From Candidatus Eiseniibacteriota bacterium (GTDB lineage: Bacteria > Eisenbacteria > RBG-16-71-46 > JABDJR01): a DNA stretch of 64,000 nt. Location of the stretch: the NCBI GenBank assembly GCA_963783375.1, contig CAWANH010000028.1, positions 1,312,001 through 1,376,000 of the forward strand, given 5' to 3'. The notes beneath the pieces are model-generated. The model was not told the origin of the DNA and did no database searches. It saw only the letters and a list, made by a program, of their open reading frames with translations. This document shows positions 27,375 to 37,629 of this stretch, piece by piece; within the stretch, counting starts at the first letter, position 1; the number at the start of each line of letters is the position of its first letter. The translations under genes were made by a program, and so were the position numbers.

Positions 27375-29180
27375 ATGTATGAAGCCCACTTCGGGTTGAA
27401 CGCGAATCCATTCAGCTCGAGCCCGCTGCCGGAGTTCGTCTACGAGAGCCGGGAGCACCGCGAGGCCCTCGCCCATTTCCAGTACGCTCTGGCCAACCGG
27501 GAGGCGTTCGTGCTCCTCACCGGCGAGGTCGGGACGGGGAAGACGACGGCGATCCAGGCCCTCCGCCGCCTGCTCCCCGACGGGACCCCGGTGGCCGTGG
27601 TCACCCACACCACCCTGGAGCCCCGGGAGCTTCTCGACGAGATCGCGCTCCGGTTCGGCTTGGAGCCGGCGACCGGCGAGAGCAAGCCGATGCTCATGCG
27701 CCGGATGGAGACCTTTCTGGAAGACCACCGGCGGGGAGGAGGTCAGGCCCTGGTGGTCCTGGACGAGGCCCATCTCCTGAGCCCCTCGCTCCTGGAGGAG
27801 GTTCGACTCCTCTCCAATCTGGAGAGCATTCACGGAGGGAAGCTGATCCAGATCTGCCTGGTGGGCCAGCCCGAGCTGGAGTCCCATCTCCACCAGCCGC
27901 AGCTCCGCCAGCTTCGCCAGCGCATCAGCGTGCGCTACGCCCTCAAACCCCTGAACCGGGAGGAGACCCGGGGCTACATCCACCACCGCCTCGCCGCGGC
28001 GGGCGCGAGCGATCCGGCCGCCATCTTTCCCCCGGAAGCCGCCGGCGCGATCCACGCCCTGAGCCAGGGGATTCCCCGGGAGATCAACGTGCTGGCCGGG
28101 CAGGCCCTATTGAACGCCTACCTGGAAGAGGCCCCGATCGTATCCCGAAACCACGTCTTCTCCGCCAAGTCGGACTACGGGTTCGAGGGGATCGTGACCG
28201 GAGCCGCCGCCCTCTCGCCGGAAGGGGCCCCGAGTCCTCCTCCCCCGCGCACCCTGCCCGTCGCGCCTCCCCGGACGTCGGCGCCTCGAAGCGTTCCGCC
28301 TCCCCCAAGCGAGCCTACCCGTACCGCTCCCCCGGCCGGGGACGTTCCGCGCCCCGCGCGCCGGCCCATTCCGCTCCCGCCGGCCTCGCTCCGCCCCCCG
28401 CCCCGGGTGGAGCCGTCCTCTGCGGCTCCGCGCCCCGCTCCCGCCCCCGCCGCTCCCCGCGCCCGGCTGAGCGCCGGTCCCGGACTGGCCGCGGCGCCCC
28501 GGCGAAAATCCAGGCGGACGGTCTGGATAGCGGGGCTGGTCGTGCTGGTGGTCCTGGTGGGCGCCGGGGCGATCTGGCTCCGGGGAGGAGAGCCCAAACC
28601 CGAAGCGGATCTGGAAATCGCGTCCCTGCCCGGCGGGAACCCCGGTGGGACCGGCCCCGAGGCCTCGGAGAGCGCGCGCACCGGGGCCGGCATGAATCCG
28701 GTGATCGACACCACCGCCGGCGTTTCCCTCCCCCCCGCGGCCGTCGCCGCCGGGTATCCGGCCGCCGAGGCGGAGTCTTCGGGCGTCGCGGCCCCCTCGG
28801 CCATGAGCGCAGCGCCCGACACCCAGGGCGCCGCGGCCGCTCCGTCCCAGGACCTTTCGCCGCCGGCCGCCGCCGGCGGCGACGGGGAATCCGGGCTCCT
28901 CGCGGTCCAGGTGGCGTCGTTTCAGACCCGGCGCCGGGCCGAAGCGGTGCGGGACGCGGTGAGCCGGAGCACCGGCCTTCCGGCCGCGGTTCTCCCGGCC
29001 GAGGTGGACGGCGCGGTGTGGTACCGCATTCTCATGGGGGCCTTCGACTCCGAGGCTGCGGCCCGGTCGGCGGCGGAGCCGCTTCTGCGGGCCCGGACCA
29101 TTCGCGTGGTGGTGGTGCGGCAGATCCCCGGGAGCTGGGAGCCGTTCCTGAGCGGGACCGGGCCCGCTCCCCCGGGCTGA
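27375..29180 (+). CDS. ExeA-like AAA ATPase with Pro-rich linker, TM helix and C-terminal SPOR domain
   Basis: MYEAHFGL..NPF, GEVGTGKTT, LDEAH, LVGQPEL, LRQRI; SPOR VQVASF..WYRILMGAF. Confidence 0.88.
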   Translation: MYEAHFGLNANPFSSSPLPEFVYESREHREALAHFQYALANREAFVLLTGEVGTGKTTAIQALRRLLPDGTPVAVVTHTTLEPRELLDEIALRFGLEPATGESKPMLMRRMETFLEDHRRGGGQALVVLDEAHLLSPSLLEEVRLLSNLESIHGGKLIQICLVGQPELESHLHQPQLRQLRQRISVRYALKPLNREETRGYIHHRLAAAGASDPAAIFPPEAAGAIHALSQGIPREINVLAGQALLNAYLEEAPIVSRNHVFSAKSDYGFEGIVTGAAALSPEGAPSPPPPRTLPVAPPRTSAPRSVPPPPSEPTRTAPPAGDVPRPARRPIPLPPASLRPPPRVEPSSAAPRPAPAPAAPRARLSAGPGLAAAPRRKSRRTVWIAGLVVLVVLVGAGAIWLRGGEPKPEADLEIASLPGGNPGGTGPEASESARTGAGMNPVIDTTAGVSLPPAAVAAGYPAAEAESSGVAAPSAMSAAPDTQGAAAAPSQDLSPPAAAGGDGESGLLAVQVASFQTRRRAEAVRDAVSRSTGLPAAVLPAEVDGAVWYRILMGAFDSEAAARSAAEPLLRARTIRVVVVRQIPGSWEPFLSGTGPAPPG

Positions 29181-29253
29181 TCGGCGCGTTCACCGGCCCT
29201 GAGGCCACCTTCGTTGACATCCGGGGGGGAACCGGGATTTAATCGGGGGCTCC

Positions 29254-30359
29254 ATGATCGAACTCATCGTTTTCTCCAAGCCGTTCCGTGCCGCTTCCGT
29301 CGCGGTGGCGCTGGCCGCCGTGCTCCTGGTCTCATCCTGCGGAGGGGGGGGGAGAGGCGGGTTCCGCACGTCTCCGTACCGCCCGCGGACACCTTGCGGG
29401 TCCCGGGTGAGACTCATCTCAAGAACGTGCGTCAGCTCACCTTCGGGGGGGAGAACGCCGAGGCGTACTTCTCCCCGGACGGGAAGGAGCTGGTCCTCCA
29501 GTCCACCCGCCCGCCCTACCAGTGCGACCAGATCTTCCGCATGACCACCGACGGGAAGAACCTGGAGCGGGTGAGCAACGGCGAGGGGCGCACCACCTGC
29601 TCCTACTTCCTCCCCGACGGGGCCTCGATCCTCTATTCCTCGACCTTTCTCGCCTCCCCCGACTGCCCGCCCCGGCCCGACATGAGCCACGGCTACGTCT
29701 GGGCCATTTATCCCGGCTACGACATCTTCGTCCGCTCCCCGGAGGACAGCCTGACGCGGATCACCAAGACCCCGGGCTACGACGCCGAGGCCACGGTGAG
29801 CCCGACCGGGGACAAGATCGTCTTCACCTCGATGCGGAACGGGGATCTCGACATATACACCATGAACCTGGACGGAACCGGGGTGCGCCAGCTCACCGAT
29901 CTCCTGGGATACGACGGCGGTCCCTTCTTCTCCCCGGACGGGAGCGAGATCGTCTACCGCGCCTATCATCCCGCCGATCTGGAGGAGGAAGAGGACTATC
30001 GGGGGCTCCTGGCCCGTAATCTCATACGGCCCGGGAAGCTGAACCTCTACGTGATGAACGCGGACGGGAGCGACAAGCGGCTGATCCTGGAGAACGGGGC
30101 GGCCAACTTCGCGCCCTATTTCTTCCCGGACGGGGAGCGCATCATCTTCAGCTCGAACCTGGACGATCCCAAGGGGATGAACTTCGATCTCTACATGATC
30201 CACAAGGACGGCACCGGCTTGGAGCGGATCACCTTCAACAAGACCTTCGACGGTTTCCCGATGTTCTCGCCGGACGGGCGGCAGTTGGTCTTCGCTTCGA
30301 ACCGCAACAACCGTGCCCCGCACGACACCAACATCTTCATCGCCGATTGGGTGGAGTAG
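29254..30359 (+). pseudogene. TolB-like (PD40 repeat) beta-propeller lipoprotein, frameshifted at a G9 tract (29344-29352)
   Basis: Lipoprotein signal (LLVSSC) lies in one frame; HLKNVRQLTFGGENAEAYFSPDG and PD40 repeats lie in another; adding one G joins them. Confidence 0.8.
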
Positions 30360-30379
30360 AACCGAAGAAAGGAATCGAC

Positions 30380-31042
30380 ATGAAGGTATCGAGCGCCTGG
30401 TCCTGGCTGATCGCCGTCGCGCTGGGAGCGGTTCTGGCCGCGGGTTGCGGGGGCGGGAAGCTTCCCGAGAACCAGCAGACCGATGGCCAGAGCGCGAACC
30501 AGCTCCCGGAGGGACACCCGCCCCTCAACGGCCAGGGCGGGCCGATGGCCCAGAGCCAGGGTATGCTGGGGAGCGAAGGCCCCACCGACGACAACCCCCT
30601 GCCCCTGAAGCTCAGCGGTCTGAACAGCGTGGAAGAGCTGAAGAGCGGCATGGCGGCGACCAGGAACGAGCAGGCGGCGAAGCTGTTCGAGGACGGTTTC
30701 CGGAAGACCTTCACCGCGGACAACTCCAAGCGGGACTACGCAGGGGCGGCCGCCGATCTGAAGCAGGCCATCGCCCTGGATCCGAAGTACGCCCAGGCCT
30801 ACCGGGCCCTGGGCTACGCCGAATTCAACATGGGCTTCAATGTGGACGGGGCCATGGCCGACTATCAGAAGGCCATCGAGCTGGACCCGAACTACGGCGA
30901 GGCCCAGTACGCCATCGCCTTCATGTACGCGATGACCGACCGGGAGAAGGGCGCGGACCACTTCAAGAAGGCCATGGAGCTGGGAGTGCCCGACGAGCGG
31001 CATCTCGGTGAGCGCTTCTACCAGGACGTGAAGGTGAAGTAG
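30380..31042 (+). CDS. TPR-containing lipoprotein
   Basis: LAAGC lipobox; LPEGHPP; TPR repeats (AIALDPKYA, AIELDPNYG). Confidence 0.85.
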   Translation: MKVSSAWSWLIAVALGAVLAAGCGGGKLPENQQTDGQSANQLPEGHPPLNGQGGPMAQSQGMLGSEGPTDDNPLPLKLSGLNSVEELKSGMAATRNEQAAKLFEDGFRKTFTADNSKRDYAGAAADLKQAIALDPKYAQAYRALGYAEFNMGFNVDGAMADYQKAIELDPNYGEAQYAIAFMYAMTDREKGADHFKKAMELGVPDERHLGERFYQDVKVK

Positions 31043-31085
31043 GCGCGGTGACCGGGCCGATCGGTCCGGTTCCGGGCATGAAAAC

Positions 31086-31120
31086 GGCGGGGGCCGCCCT
31101 CGGGCGACCCCCGCCTTTGT
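31086..31120. terminator. Probable bidirectional intrinsic terminator
   Basis: AAAAC-GGCGGGGGCCGCCC-TC-GGGCGACCCCCGCC-TTTGT between convergent genes. Confidence 0.65.
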
Positions 31121-31149
31121 CGTGCCTTGCGGCGCCTGCGCGCCGGGCG

Positions 31150-33806
31150 TTACCGGACCAGCACCGCCCGCCGCACCAGTTCCGTCCTGCCGCTATGGAG
31201 GCGGATGAAGTAGATGCCGCCGGCCAGGGCCCGGCCGCGATCATCCCGCCCGTCCCAGCTCACGGTGTGACGGCCCGCCCCCCAGTTCCCCTCGGCCAGG
31301 GTGTTCACCCGGCGGCCGGCCAGGTCGTACACCTCGACCCGCACCGTGGCCGGCTCGGGCAGGGTGAAGGCCACCGCGGTCCCCCTGGAGAAGGGGTTGG
31401 GGCTGTTCTGGGCCAGGGCCAGAATCCGAGGCTCTCCGGCCGGCTCCTCGGGCACCCCGGTCACCGTGACGTTCACCGGCACCGTGGCCTGGTTCATCGC
31501 CACCGGTGGCGCCATCCCCTGGTTCACCCATGCGTTGTAGAGGTCCAACCCCGCGTTGTTGGTGACGTTGGCGTCCCGGAGGAACTCCACGTACTCCTTG
31601 CTGGTGCTCTGATAGTAGAGGGTGACCCGGACCGATTCCGCGGTGGCGGGAAGGAAGTAGCGCGTGTCGTCCCAGTACTGCCCGTCGGCGTAGCTGTAAC
31701 CCACCGGTGGCGACTGGATCGCCTTGAAGGCGGCGTTGGTGAAGCCGCGCGGGGGGATCCGGTCGTCGAAGTAGACGGTGTCGTTCAGCACGAAGTGGAA
31801 CGAGGGCCCGGCCGGGAAGCCCAGGGCGCCGGCCAGGGACGGGCTCAGGCCCCCGTGGATCTCGTAGATCTTGAGGTCCGCGTCGTGGTCGAGAACCCCG
31901 GTCCCGGAGTCGTACGTCCCGGATTCGTAGACGGGTTGCCCACCCGAATCGATCGCCTCGACGTGGAGCCACACCCGCCGCCCTTCCGGGTAGCCGGAGG
32001 GAAGCCGGTGGCCGGTCTCGTTGGTGACCCGGACGGTGATCCCGGCCGAGTCCGGGGTCACGTCGAGGGTGGCCGCGAGCTGGAGCATGTGGACGACCCG
32101 CGCTTTCCCGGCCTGGAGGGCGGCCGGGTCCACCACGCCCGGGTAGAAGTCGGGGATGATGTCGGGGACGAAGGTGTTCCCCCCGGTGAAGTCGTGGAGC
32201 CCCAGGTCGGTGCGGTTCGGGGAGCCGCTCACGTTGGACCCCCGCCCGGTGACGTCCCGCATGTGGCAGTCCTCACAGGTGGAGACGATCCCGTCCGGCT
32301 TCCCGCCCGCGAACTGGGGCGCGTAGACCCCGGTGGCGGCGTACTCGCTGTTCGACCACTCGCTGAAGGTGCGCTCGACCGGCGCCATGTTCCGGAGGTT
32401 TCCGTCCGGATGCTCCTGGTCGAAGCCGTTGGGAGAGTAGTCGAGGGTGTCGTTCCGGACGAACACCGGGTTGCTCACGTCGTGGCAGGTTCCGCACAGG
32501 TTGCTCGAGAGATGGATCGGAGATTGCACGAACTCGTGAGCGGCCTGGGAGTCGGCGTAGGGGCCGCGTTTGAGCGGCGAGGGGTCGTTGATGAACTGCC
32601 CGTTCCCGTACTGGAGGGGAAGCGGGGAGATCGCGGCCAGGACGGCCGCGTCCTGGGCGGGGCTCACCCCTTCCACGTAGTTCCGGTCCACGATGCGGTG
32701 GCAGAAGTCGCACTGCACCCCCCAGCGGTCCCTGGCATTCAGGAGTCCGCCGCTCGTGTCCACGGACCGGCCCTCCTGCCAGCCTCCCGGGGAATGGCAG
32801 CGGATGCAGAGGTCACCCGACGATGGCGCGTCCTGGTTTGCGACGGCCATGCAGGCGTAGAAGAAGGGATCGCGGGCGGCCTGACCCATCATGGATCCCC
32901 GCCAGTTGTACCAGGGCTCCACCGTGGTGTCGTAGCCTCCGTGGCAGGTGACGCAGGAGTTGGAGGGGTCGTCCAGGACGGCCCCCTCGAAAGGCTGGGT
33001 CCCGGGCATTTCCATATCCCGGAGCGTGGTGGGAACGAGCCCCGGCGCCGCGGTCACGGTGAAGTCGACGTCGCTCACGTCGTCGCCTTCGTTCCCGGCG
33101 TTGTCGTAGGCCTCGACCTCGATCCGGCCCTGGGTGGTGGGCAGGTTCGGCACGAACCAGCTGAAGCTCCCCGTGGGGGGTTGGTTCTTCCCTACCGGTT
33201 TGAAGCTTCGCCCCGCGTCGTCCGAGAAATAGATGTCCACGTGGGAGATCCCGCTGGCGTCGTTGGCGGTGTAGCTGACCGTGATGATCGAGTTTGCCGC
33301 GTAGGATCCACCGCCGTCGGGGAAGGTCACGGTCACCGTGGGGGGGTCGTGTCGCTGGACCCCATCGGGGTGAGGTAGGGCTGGATCTCCGAGAGCAGGA
33401 TGTTCACCGTGCTCGTGGCATTGGTGCTCGTGAGCCCGGGAAAGGTCGGGGTGTTCGTGAACAGGGTGCTGGTGATCTCGGTCAGGTTGGTGTAGCCGTC
33501 GTTGTCGGAGTCTTCGTTTTCAACCGCCGCGATGGCCTGGTCGTTCGTGAGCCCGTTGTTGATCCCGACTTGTATCGCGAGACCGTAGGGATTCCGGGGT
33601 CCGCCGCCGTTGAAATCGAAATGGCAGACCCCGCAGTGGCGGGAGTTCGACGGAAGACCGTCGAGCTGGGTCCCCACCGCGTTGGGATAGCGGGCGAAGA
33701 AGGCCTTGCGGATGGGCGGCCGGGCCGAGGCGGGATAGGTGACGGAAATACTTACAAAAAGAATTGCAGGCAGGCAAAGCACGAACGGGATGGTCCTGGT
33801 CTGCAT
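31150..33806 (-). pseudogene. Secreted multiheme (6 CxxCH) cytochrome c with C-terminal FlgD-Ig/T9SS-like domain, frameshifted at a C7 tract (33340-33346)
   Basis: CGVCH in 33333..33806; CVTCH, CIRCH, CDFCH, CGTCH and CEDCH in 31150..33336; C-terminal LAQNSPNPF..YDLAGRRV..WDGRD; adding one C restores DTTPPTVTVTFP. Confidence 0.82.
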
Positions 33807-34137
33807 GGTGGCACCCCCGAAGATAGTGCAAACTGCCCGACGGCGGATCTCGTCGGTACTACTTATCCTAGGCCTCGAAAGGGTCGCGGCTGACTATTGA
33901 AACTGGATGGGAGATTTCGGCAAAAGAGATATGGATCGGTCCATTTCTTGGCGATAAAAACGATCAAGATATCCGTAGAATCGACTAACTGGTTGCCGGA
34001 ACGTTCGATCCGGCCGTCTGTGGTAGCATGTCCGAAGATCTGCCGGAATCGGGACCGTCCGGAACCGACGCCGGCGGGAACCGCCCGGATCGGTCGCTCA
34101 GCGCGTCTTTCCGGGCTCCGCGGGAAAGGGGAACCAC

Positions 34138-34377
34138 GTGAAGGTCAAGTTGGTCTACTGTTCGGCTTGAAACTACGAGCCCAAGGCCGTCAGTTTGGCG
34201 GCCGAAGTCCTGCCGGTCTTCAAGAAGGACATCGAGGAGCTGGTGCTGGTCCCGTCCGACGGCGGTCGCTTCGAACTCTTCGTGGACAATGAGCAGATCT
34301 ACTCGAAACTGGAGACCGGCCGATTCCCCGAGAATCGGGACGTGATCAAGAAGCTCGAGGCGCGATTGAAGAACTGA
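34138..34377 (+). CDS. SelW/SelT/SelH (Rdx family) selenoprotein; UGA at 34168-34170 read as Sec
   Basis: GTG AAG GTC AAG TTG GTC TAC TGT TCG GCT TGA AAC TAC = MKVKLVYCSAUNYEPKA...PSDGGRFE..YSK..TGRFPE. Confidence 0.88.
34185..34203 (+). promoter_or_regulatory. Bacterial SECIS-like hairpin
   Basis: GGCCGTCA-GTT-TGGCGGCC begins 14 nt after the in-frame UGA; G-containing apical loop. Confidence 0.7.
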
Positions 34378-34421
34378 CCGGATACGGGGATGTCCTGGGG
34401 GCCGAATCGAGGAGGTAGGGT

Positions 34422-35024
34422 ATGCGCGGGTTCTTTCGGGCGGCGGTCGGGGTTCTCCTGGCGGTCTCGGCGGCGGGTTGCGCCTCCAAGACGGTGAGCC
34501 GGGTGGACACCGACACCACCATCGATCTTTCGGGGAACTGGAACGACACGGATTCCCGGCTGGTGGCGGAGAAGATCATCGACCAGGCCCTCAGCGGTAC
34601 CTGGTACACCGATTACATGCAGGACGAAGGAAAGAAACCGACGGTCATCGTCGGCACCATCCGGAACAAGACCACCGAGCACATTCCGGTCACCACCTTC
34701 ATCGGGGACATCGAGCGGGCCTTCATCAACTCCAACAAGGTCCAGGTGGTGGCCACGGCGTCGGAGCGGGAGGAGATCCGCGACGAGCGGATGGACCAGG
34801 GGAAGTTCGCCTCGGACGAGACGATCAAGAAATTCGGCCTGGAGCATGGCGCCGACGACATGCTGATCGGCACCGTGTCCTCGGTCATCGATCAGGAGGG
34901 CGGCACCCAGGTTCGCTACTACCAGGTGGACATGACCCTGGTGGACATCGAAACCAACATCAAGATCTGGGCCGGACAGCAGAAGATCAAGAAGGTCGTC
35001 GGTCGCGGCAAGTACCAGCCGTAG
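34422..35024 (+). CDS. lpoB: Penicillin-binding protein activator LpoB-family lipoprotein
   Basis: AAGC lipobox; DLSGNWNDTDSRLVA, NKTTEHI, YYQVDMTLVDIETN. Confidence 0.8.
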   Translation: MRGFFRAAVGVLLAVSAAGCASKTVSRVDTDTTIDLSGNWNDTDSRLVAEKIIDQALSGTWYTDYMQDEGKKPTVIVGTIRNKTTEHIPVTTFIGDIERAFINSNKVQVVATASEREEIRDERMDQGKFASDETIKKFGLEHGADDMLIGTVSSVIDQEGGTQVRYYQVDMTLVDIETNIKIWAGQQKIKKVVGRGKYQP

Positions 35025-35048
35025 GCCGGCCGGTTACCAGGTGAACCG

Positions 35049-36413
35049 GTGACCTTGCGTTCGGCGTTCATCGCCGCAGTCATGCTCCTCACGACCGGTT
35101 GCGCGGGGGCGCGTCTCGACAACGCCGCCTTCCAGGCCGAGGTCGCCCGGGGCGACTACCTCACCGCCCTGAAGCAGCTCGAGGCCGCGAAGGGGAAGAA
35201 CGACGTCTCGTTCCTCCTGGACCGGGGGCTCCTGCTTCAGAGCCTGGGCCGGTACGAGGAGTCGAACGCCGTCTTCGAGAAGGCGGACGCGCTGATCGCC
35301 GACCTCTACACCCGGAGCCTGAGCAAGGCAGCGGCCTCGCTCCTGGTGAACGACCTCGCCCTGGACTACCGGGCTTCGGGCTACGAGGCCGCCTACATCT
35401 CCTACTATCGGGCCTGGAACTATCTCCAGCTGGGACGCGTCGACGACGTGCTGGTGGAGGCGCGGCGGATCAACGAGCACTTGAACTTCCGTTCCGCGTC
35501 CTGTCCGGACCGGAAGGGGGCGTGCGGGCACGACGTCTTCCTCCGGTACTTCAGCGGCCTTCTCTTCGAATGGGGGGGCGAGCTCAACGACGCCTACGTG
35601 GCCTACAAGCAGGCGGACCTGGCCCGGGCGTCTTCCGAGGAGCGATTCGGCGTACCGCCGCCTCCCGACCTGGGCTCCCGCCTCGTGCGGCTGGCCTGGA
35701 CCCTCGGGTTCAGCGACGAGGAGGAGGACTACGCTAACCAGTACGGGATAGACCCCGCCGCGGTACCCCGGTCGCCGTCATCGGTGGTGGTGATCTTCGA
35801 GAACGGGATGGTCGGCCGCCGCCAGGAGACCTCGGTCACCATCCCCATCCTGAAAGGTGAGACCCAGGAGATTGCGGGAGACCCCGACCGCTGGTCCCGT
35901 CGCCTGGCCGAACGGAGCCACGAGCACTACGAGGACGTGAAGCTCGACTACCTCCTGCGCGTGGCGCTTCCATCCTTCGTGGAGCGCCCGCCCGAGGCCC
36001 GGCGCGCGGAGTTCCGGCTGGGCCCCGTCACCCAGGACACCGAGACCGCGGAACCCTTGAGCGCCCGGGCCGCCGCCAGCCTCGACGAAGCCATGGGGGG
36101 GATCCTGGTGCGCGCGGTGAGCCGGGCCCTGGTCAAGTATCTGGCCAAGCGGACCGCGGACAAGGAGATCGGCGAGGGAGCCGGGCTACTCGTGAACCTC
36201 ATCGGCGCGGCCACCGAGGCCGCGGACACCCGCTCCTGGCGCTCCCTGCCCTATGAGATCCAGGTGGCGGCCTTCTCCGTTCCGCCGGGGGAATACCGCG
36301 GGGACCTCGTCCTGTTCGACTCGGGCGGCCGGACGCTGAATCAGCAGGAGTTCCCGGACGTCCGGGTGCCGGAGGCGGGGGTGGCGTTCGTCCGGTACCG
36401 GTCGGGGTGGTAG
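35049..36413 (+). CDS. COG3014-like TPR lipoprotein
   Basis: LTTGC lipobox; SNAVFEKAD, VEARR, ADTRSWRSLP. Confidence 0.8.
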   Translation: MTLRSAFIAAVMLLTTGCAGARLDNAAFQAEVARGDYLTALKQLEAAKGKNDVSFLLDRGLLLQSLGRYEESNAVFEKADALIADLYTRSLSKAAASLLVNDLALDYRASGYEAAYISYYRAWNYLQLGRVDDVLVEARRINEHLNFRSASCPDRKGACGHDVFLRYFSGLLFEWGGELNDAYVAYKQADLARASSEERFGVPPPPDLGSRLVRLAWTLGFSDEEEDYANQYGIDPAAVPRSPSSVVVIFENGMVGRRQETSVTIPILKGETQEIAGDPDRWSRRLAERSHEHYEDVKLDYLLRVALPSFVERPPEARRAEFRLGPVTQDTETAEPLSARAAASLDEAMGGILVRAVSRALVKYLAKRTADKEIGEGAGLLVNLIGAATEAADTRSWRSLPYEIQVAAFSVPPGEYRGDLVLFDSGGRTLNQQEFPDVRVPEAGVAFVRYRSGW

Positions 36414-36541
36414 GGGGGCGGGGTGTCGCGTGGGGTCCCCGGCGCAGGCCCGCGGTTCGCGGCGCGCCCGGCCCGGAGTCCCCGCTCGCCGGTCGGGCGG
36501 GGTGAGGCTCCCGGGACGGTAGCCCGCCCGGGAGCCTCCGC

Positions 36542-37477
36542 TCAGTCGTTCTCGCCCCAGCCTCCGTGGAGATGTCCGTTTCCGGCGGTGGGGGCGGTGG
36601 ACCGGATGTCGTCGTCCGGAAGCTCGGCCAGCACCGACTGCCAGTCGCCCCCCCGGTCTCCTTCGGGTTCCATCGCACTCGAGGCGTCGGCGCGAAGGCC
36701 CGCCCGCTCGTGGGAGTGGCGGGAGAGCAGCTCCTCGGCCAGCGACTGGAACGCCTTTCCCACCCGGCTCCGGGCGCCGGCGGCGACGGTGGGGCGGCCC
36801 TTCACGGTCTCTTCGGCCACCCGGATGCTCCGCGGGATCACCGTCTGCATCAGCTCACGCGGATAGTCCGCCGAGAGCCTCTGGATGACCTCGTTGGCAT
36901 GCCGGGTTCGGGTGTCGGCCATGGTGACCACGACCCCCTCCATGGCCAGCTCGGGATTGGCGCCCGCCCGCACTTCCTCGGCCAGATGGCGGAGGCGGGG
37001 GAGGGAGGCGAGGTTCATGGCCTCGGCCTGGACCGGCACCAGGTAGCGGTCGCAGGCGGCGAGGCTGGCCTGGGTCAGGGGTCCGAGGGCGGGGGGACAG
37101 TCCAGGAGCACGTAGTCGTAGTCGCTCTGGATGTCGGCGACGATCTCCCGCAGGGCCAGTGGATGGCGCTTCACCGCCTCGACGAACTCGAGTTCCTCCT
37201 GGTGCGACCAGACGTTGGCCGGGAGGAGTTCGAGCCCTTCACCCATGCCGCGTTCCACTGCGTCGGTCGCCGGGAGACCGGCGGTGAGGCAGCCGTAGAG
37301 CCCGTGGTGAAGGTCGAACCGATCGATTCCGAAGCATCCGATGAGGCTCCCCTGCGGATCCACCTCGATCAGCAGGGTCTTGAACGTCAACTCGGCGAAC
37401 GCGGAAGCGAGGTTGGCGGCGAGCGTGGTCTTCCCCACCCCGCCCTTTTGCGAAACGATGGCGATGCTCATCCCCAT
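36542..37477 (-). CDS. parA: ParA/Soj-family ATPase
   Basis: SQKGGVGKTT, DPQG, DCPPALG, IPRSIRVAE; no adjacent parB. Confidence 0.88.
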   Translation of the reverse strand: MGMSIAIVSQKGGVGKTTLAANLASAFAELTFKTLLIEVDPQGSLIGCFGIDRFDLHHGLYGCLTAGLPATDAVERGMGEGLELLPANVWSHQEELEFVEAVKRHPLALREIVADIQSDYDYVLLDCPPALGPLTQASLAACDRYLVPVQAEAMNLASLPRLRHLAEEVRAGANPELAMEGVVVTMADTRTRHANEVIQRLSADYPRELMQTVIPRSIRVAEETVKGRPTVAAGARSRVGKAFQSLAEELLSRHSHERAGLRADASSAMEPEGDRGGDWQSVLAELPDDDIRSTAPTAGNGHLHGGWGEND

Positions 37478-37523
37478 GGTAGCTACAGTCTCCCTCCTGA
37501 CCGGGCCCGGGGCGCACCAAGAG

Positions 37524-37629
37524 TGTGGAAAACTCCCTGCTTGGGTCCCGACGTGCTGTGGATAACCTGATAAACCGGGGTTCGGGCGGAGGTTTGGAAT
37601 CCGCGCGCACCCGACACAGGTTGTTGATT
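37524..37629. promoter_or_regulatory. Two DnaA boxes plus an IHF-like site upstream of parA
   Basis: TGTGGAAAA (37524-37532), perfect TGTGGATAA (37557-37565), CAGGTTGTTGATT (37617-37629). Confidence 0.5.

Noticed and set aside
33810-34130. Lower-GC stretch and ORF 33897..34292
   Set aside because: Best explained as the divergent promoter region between the cytochrome and selenoprotein genes; the ORF lacks motifs and overlaps the selenoprotein out of frame
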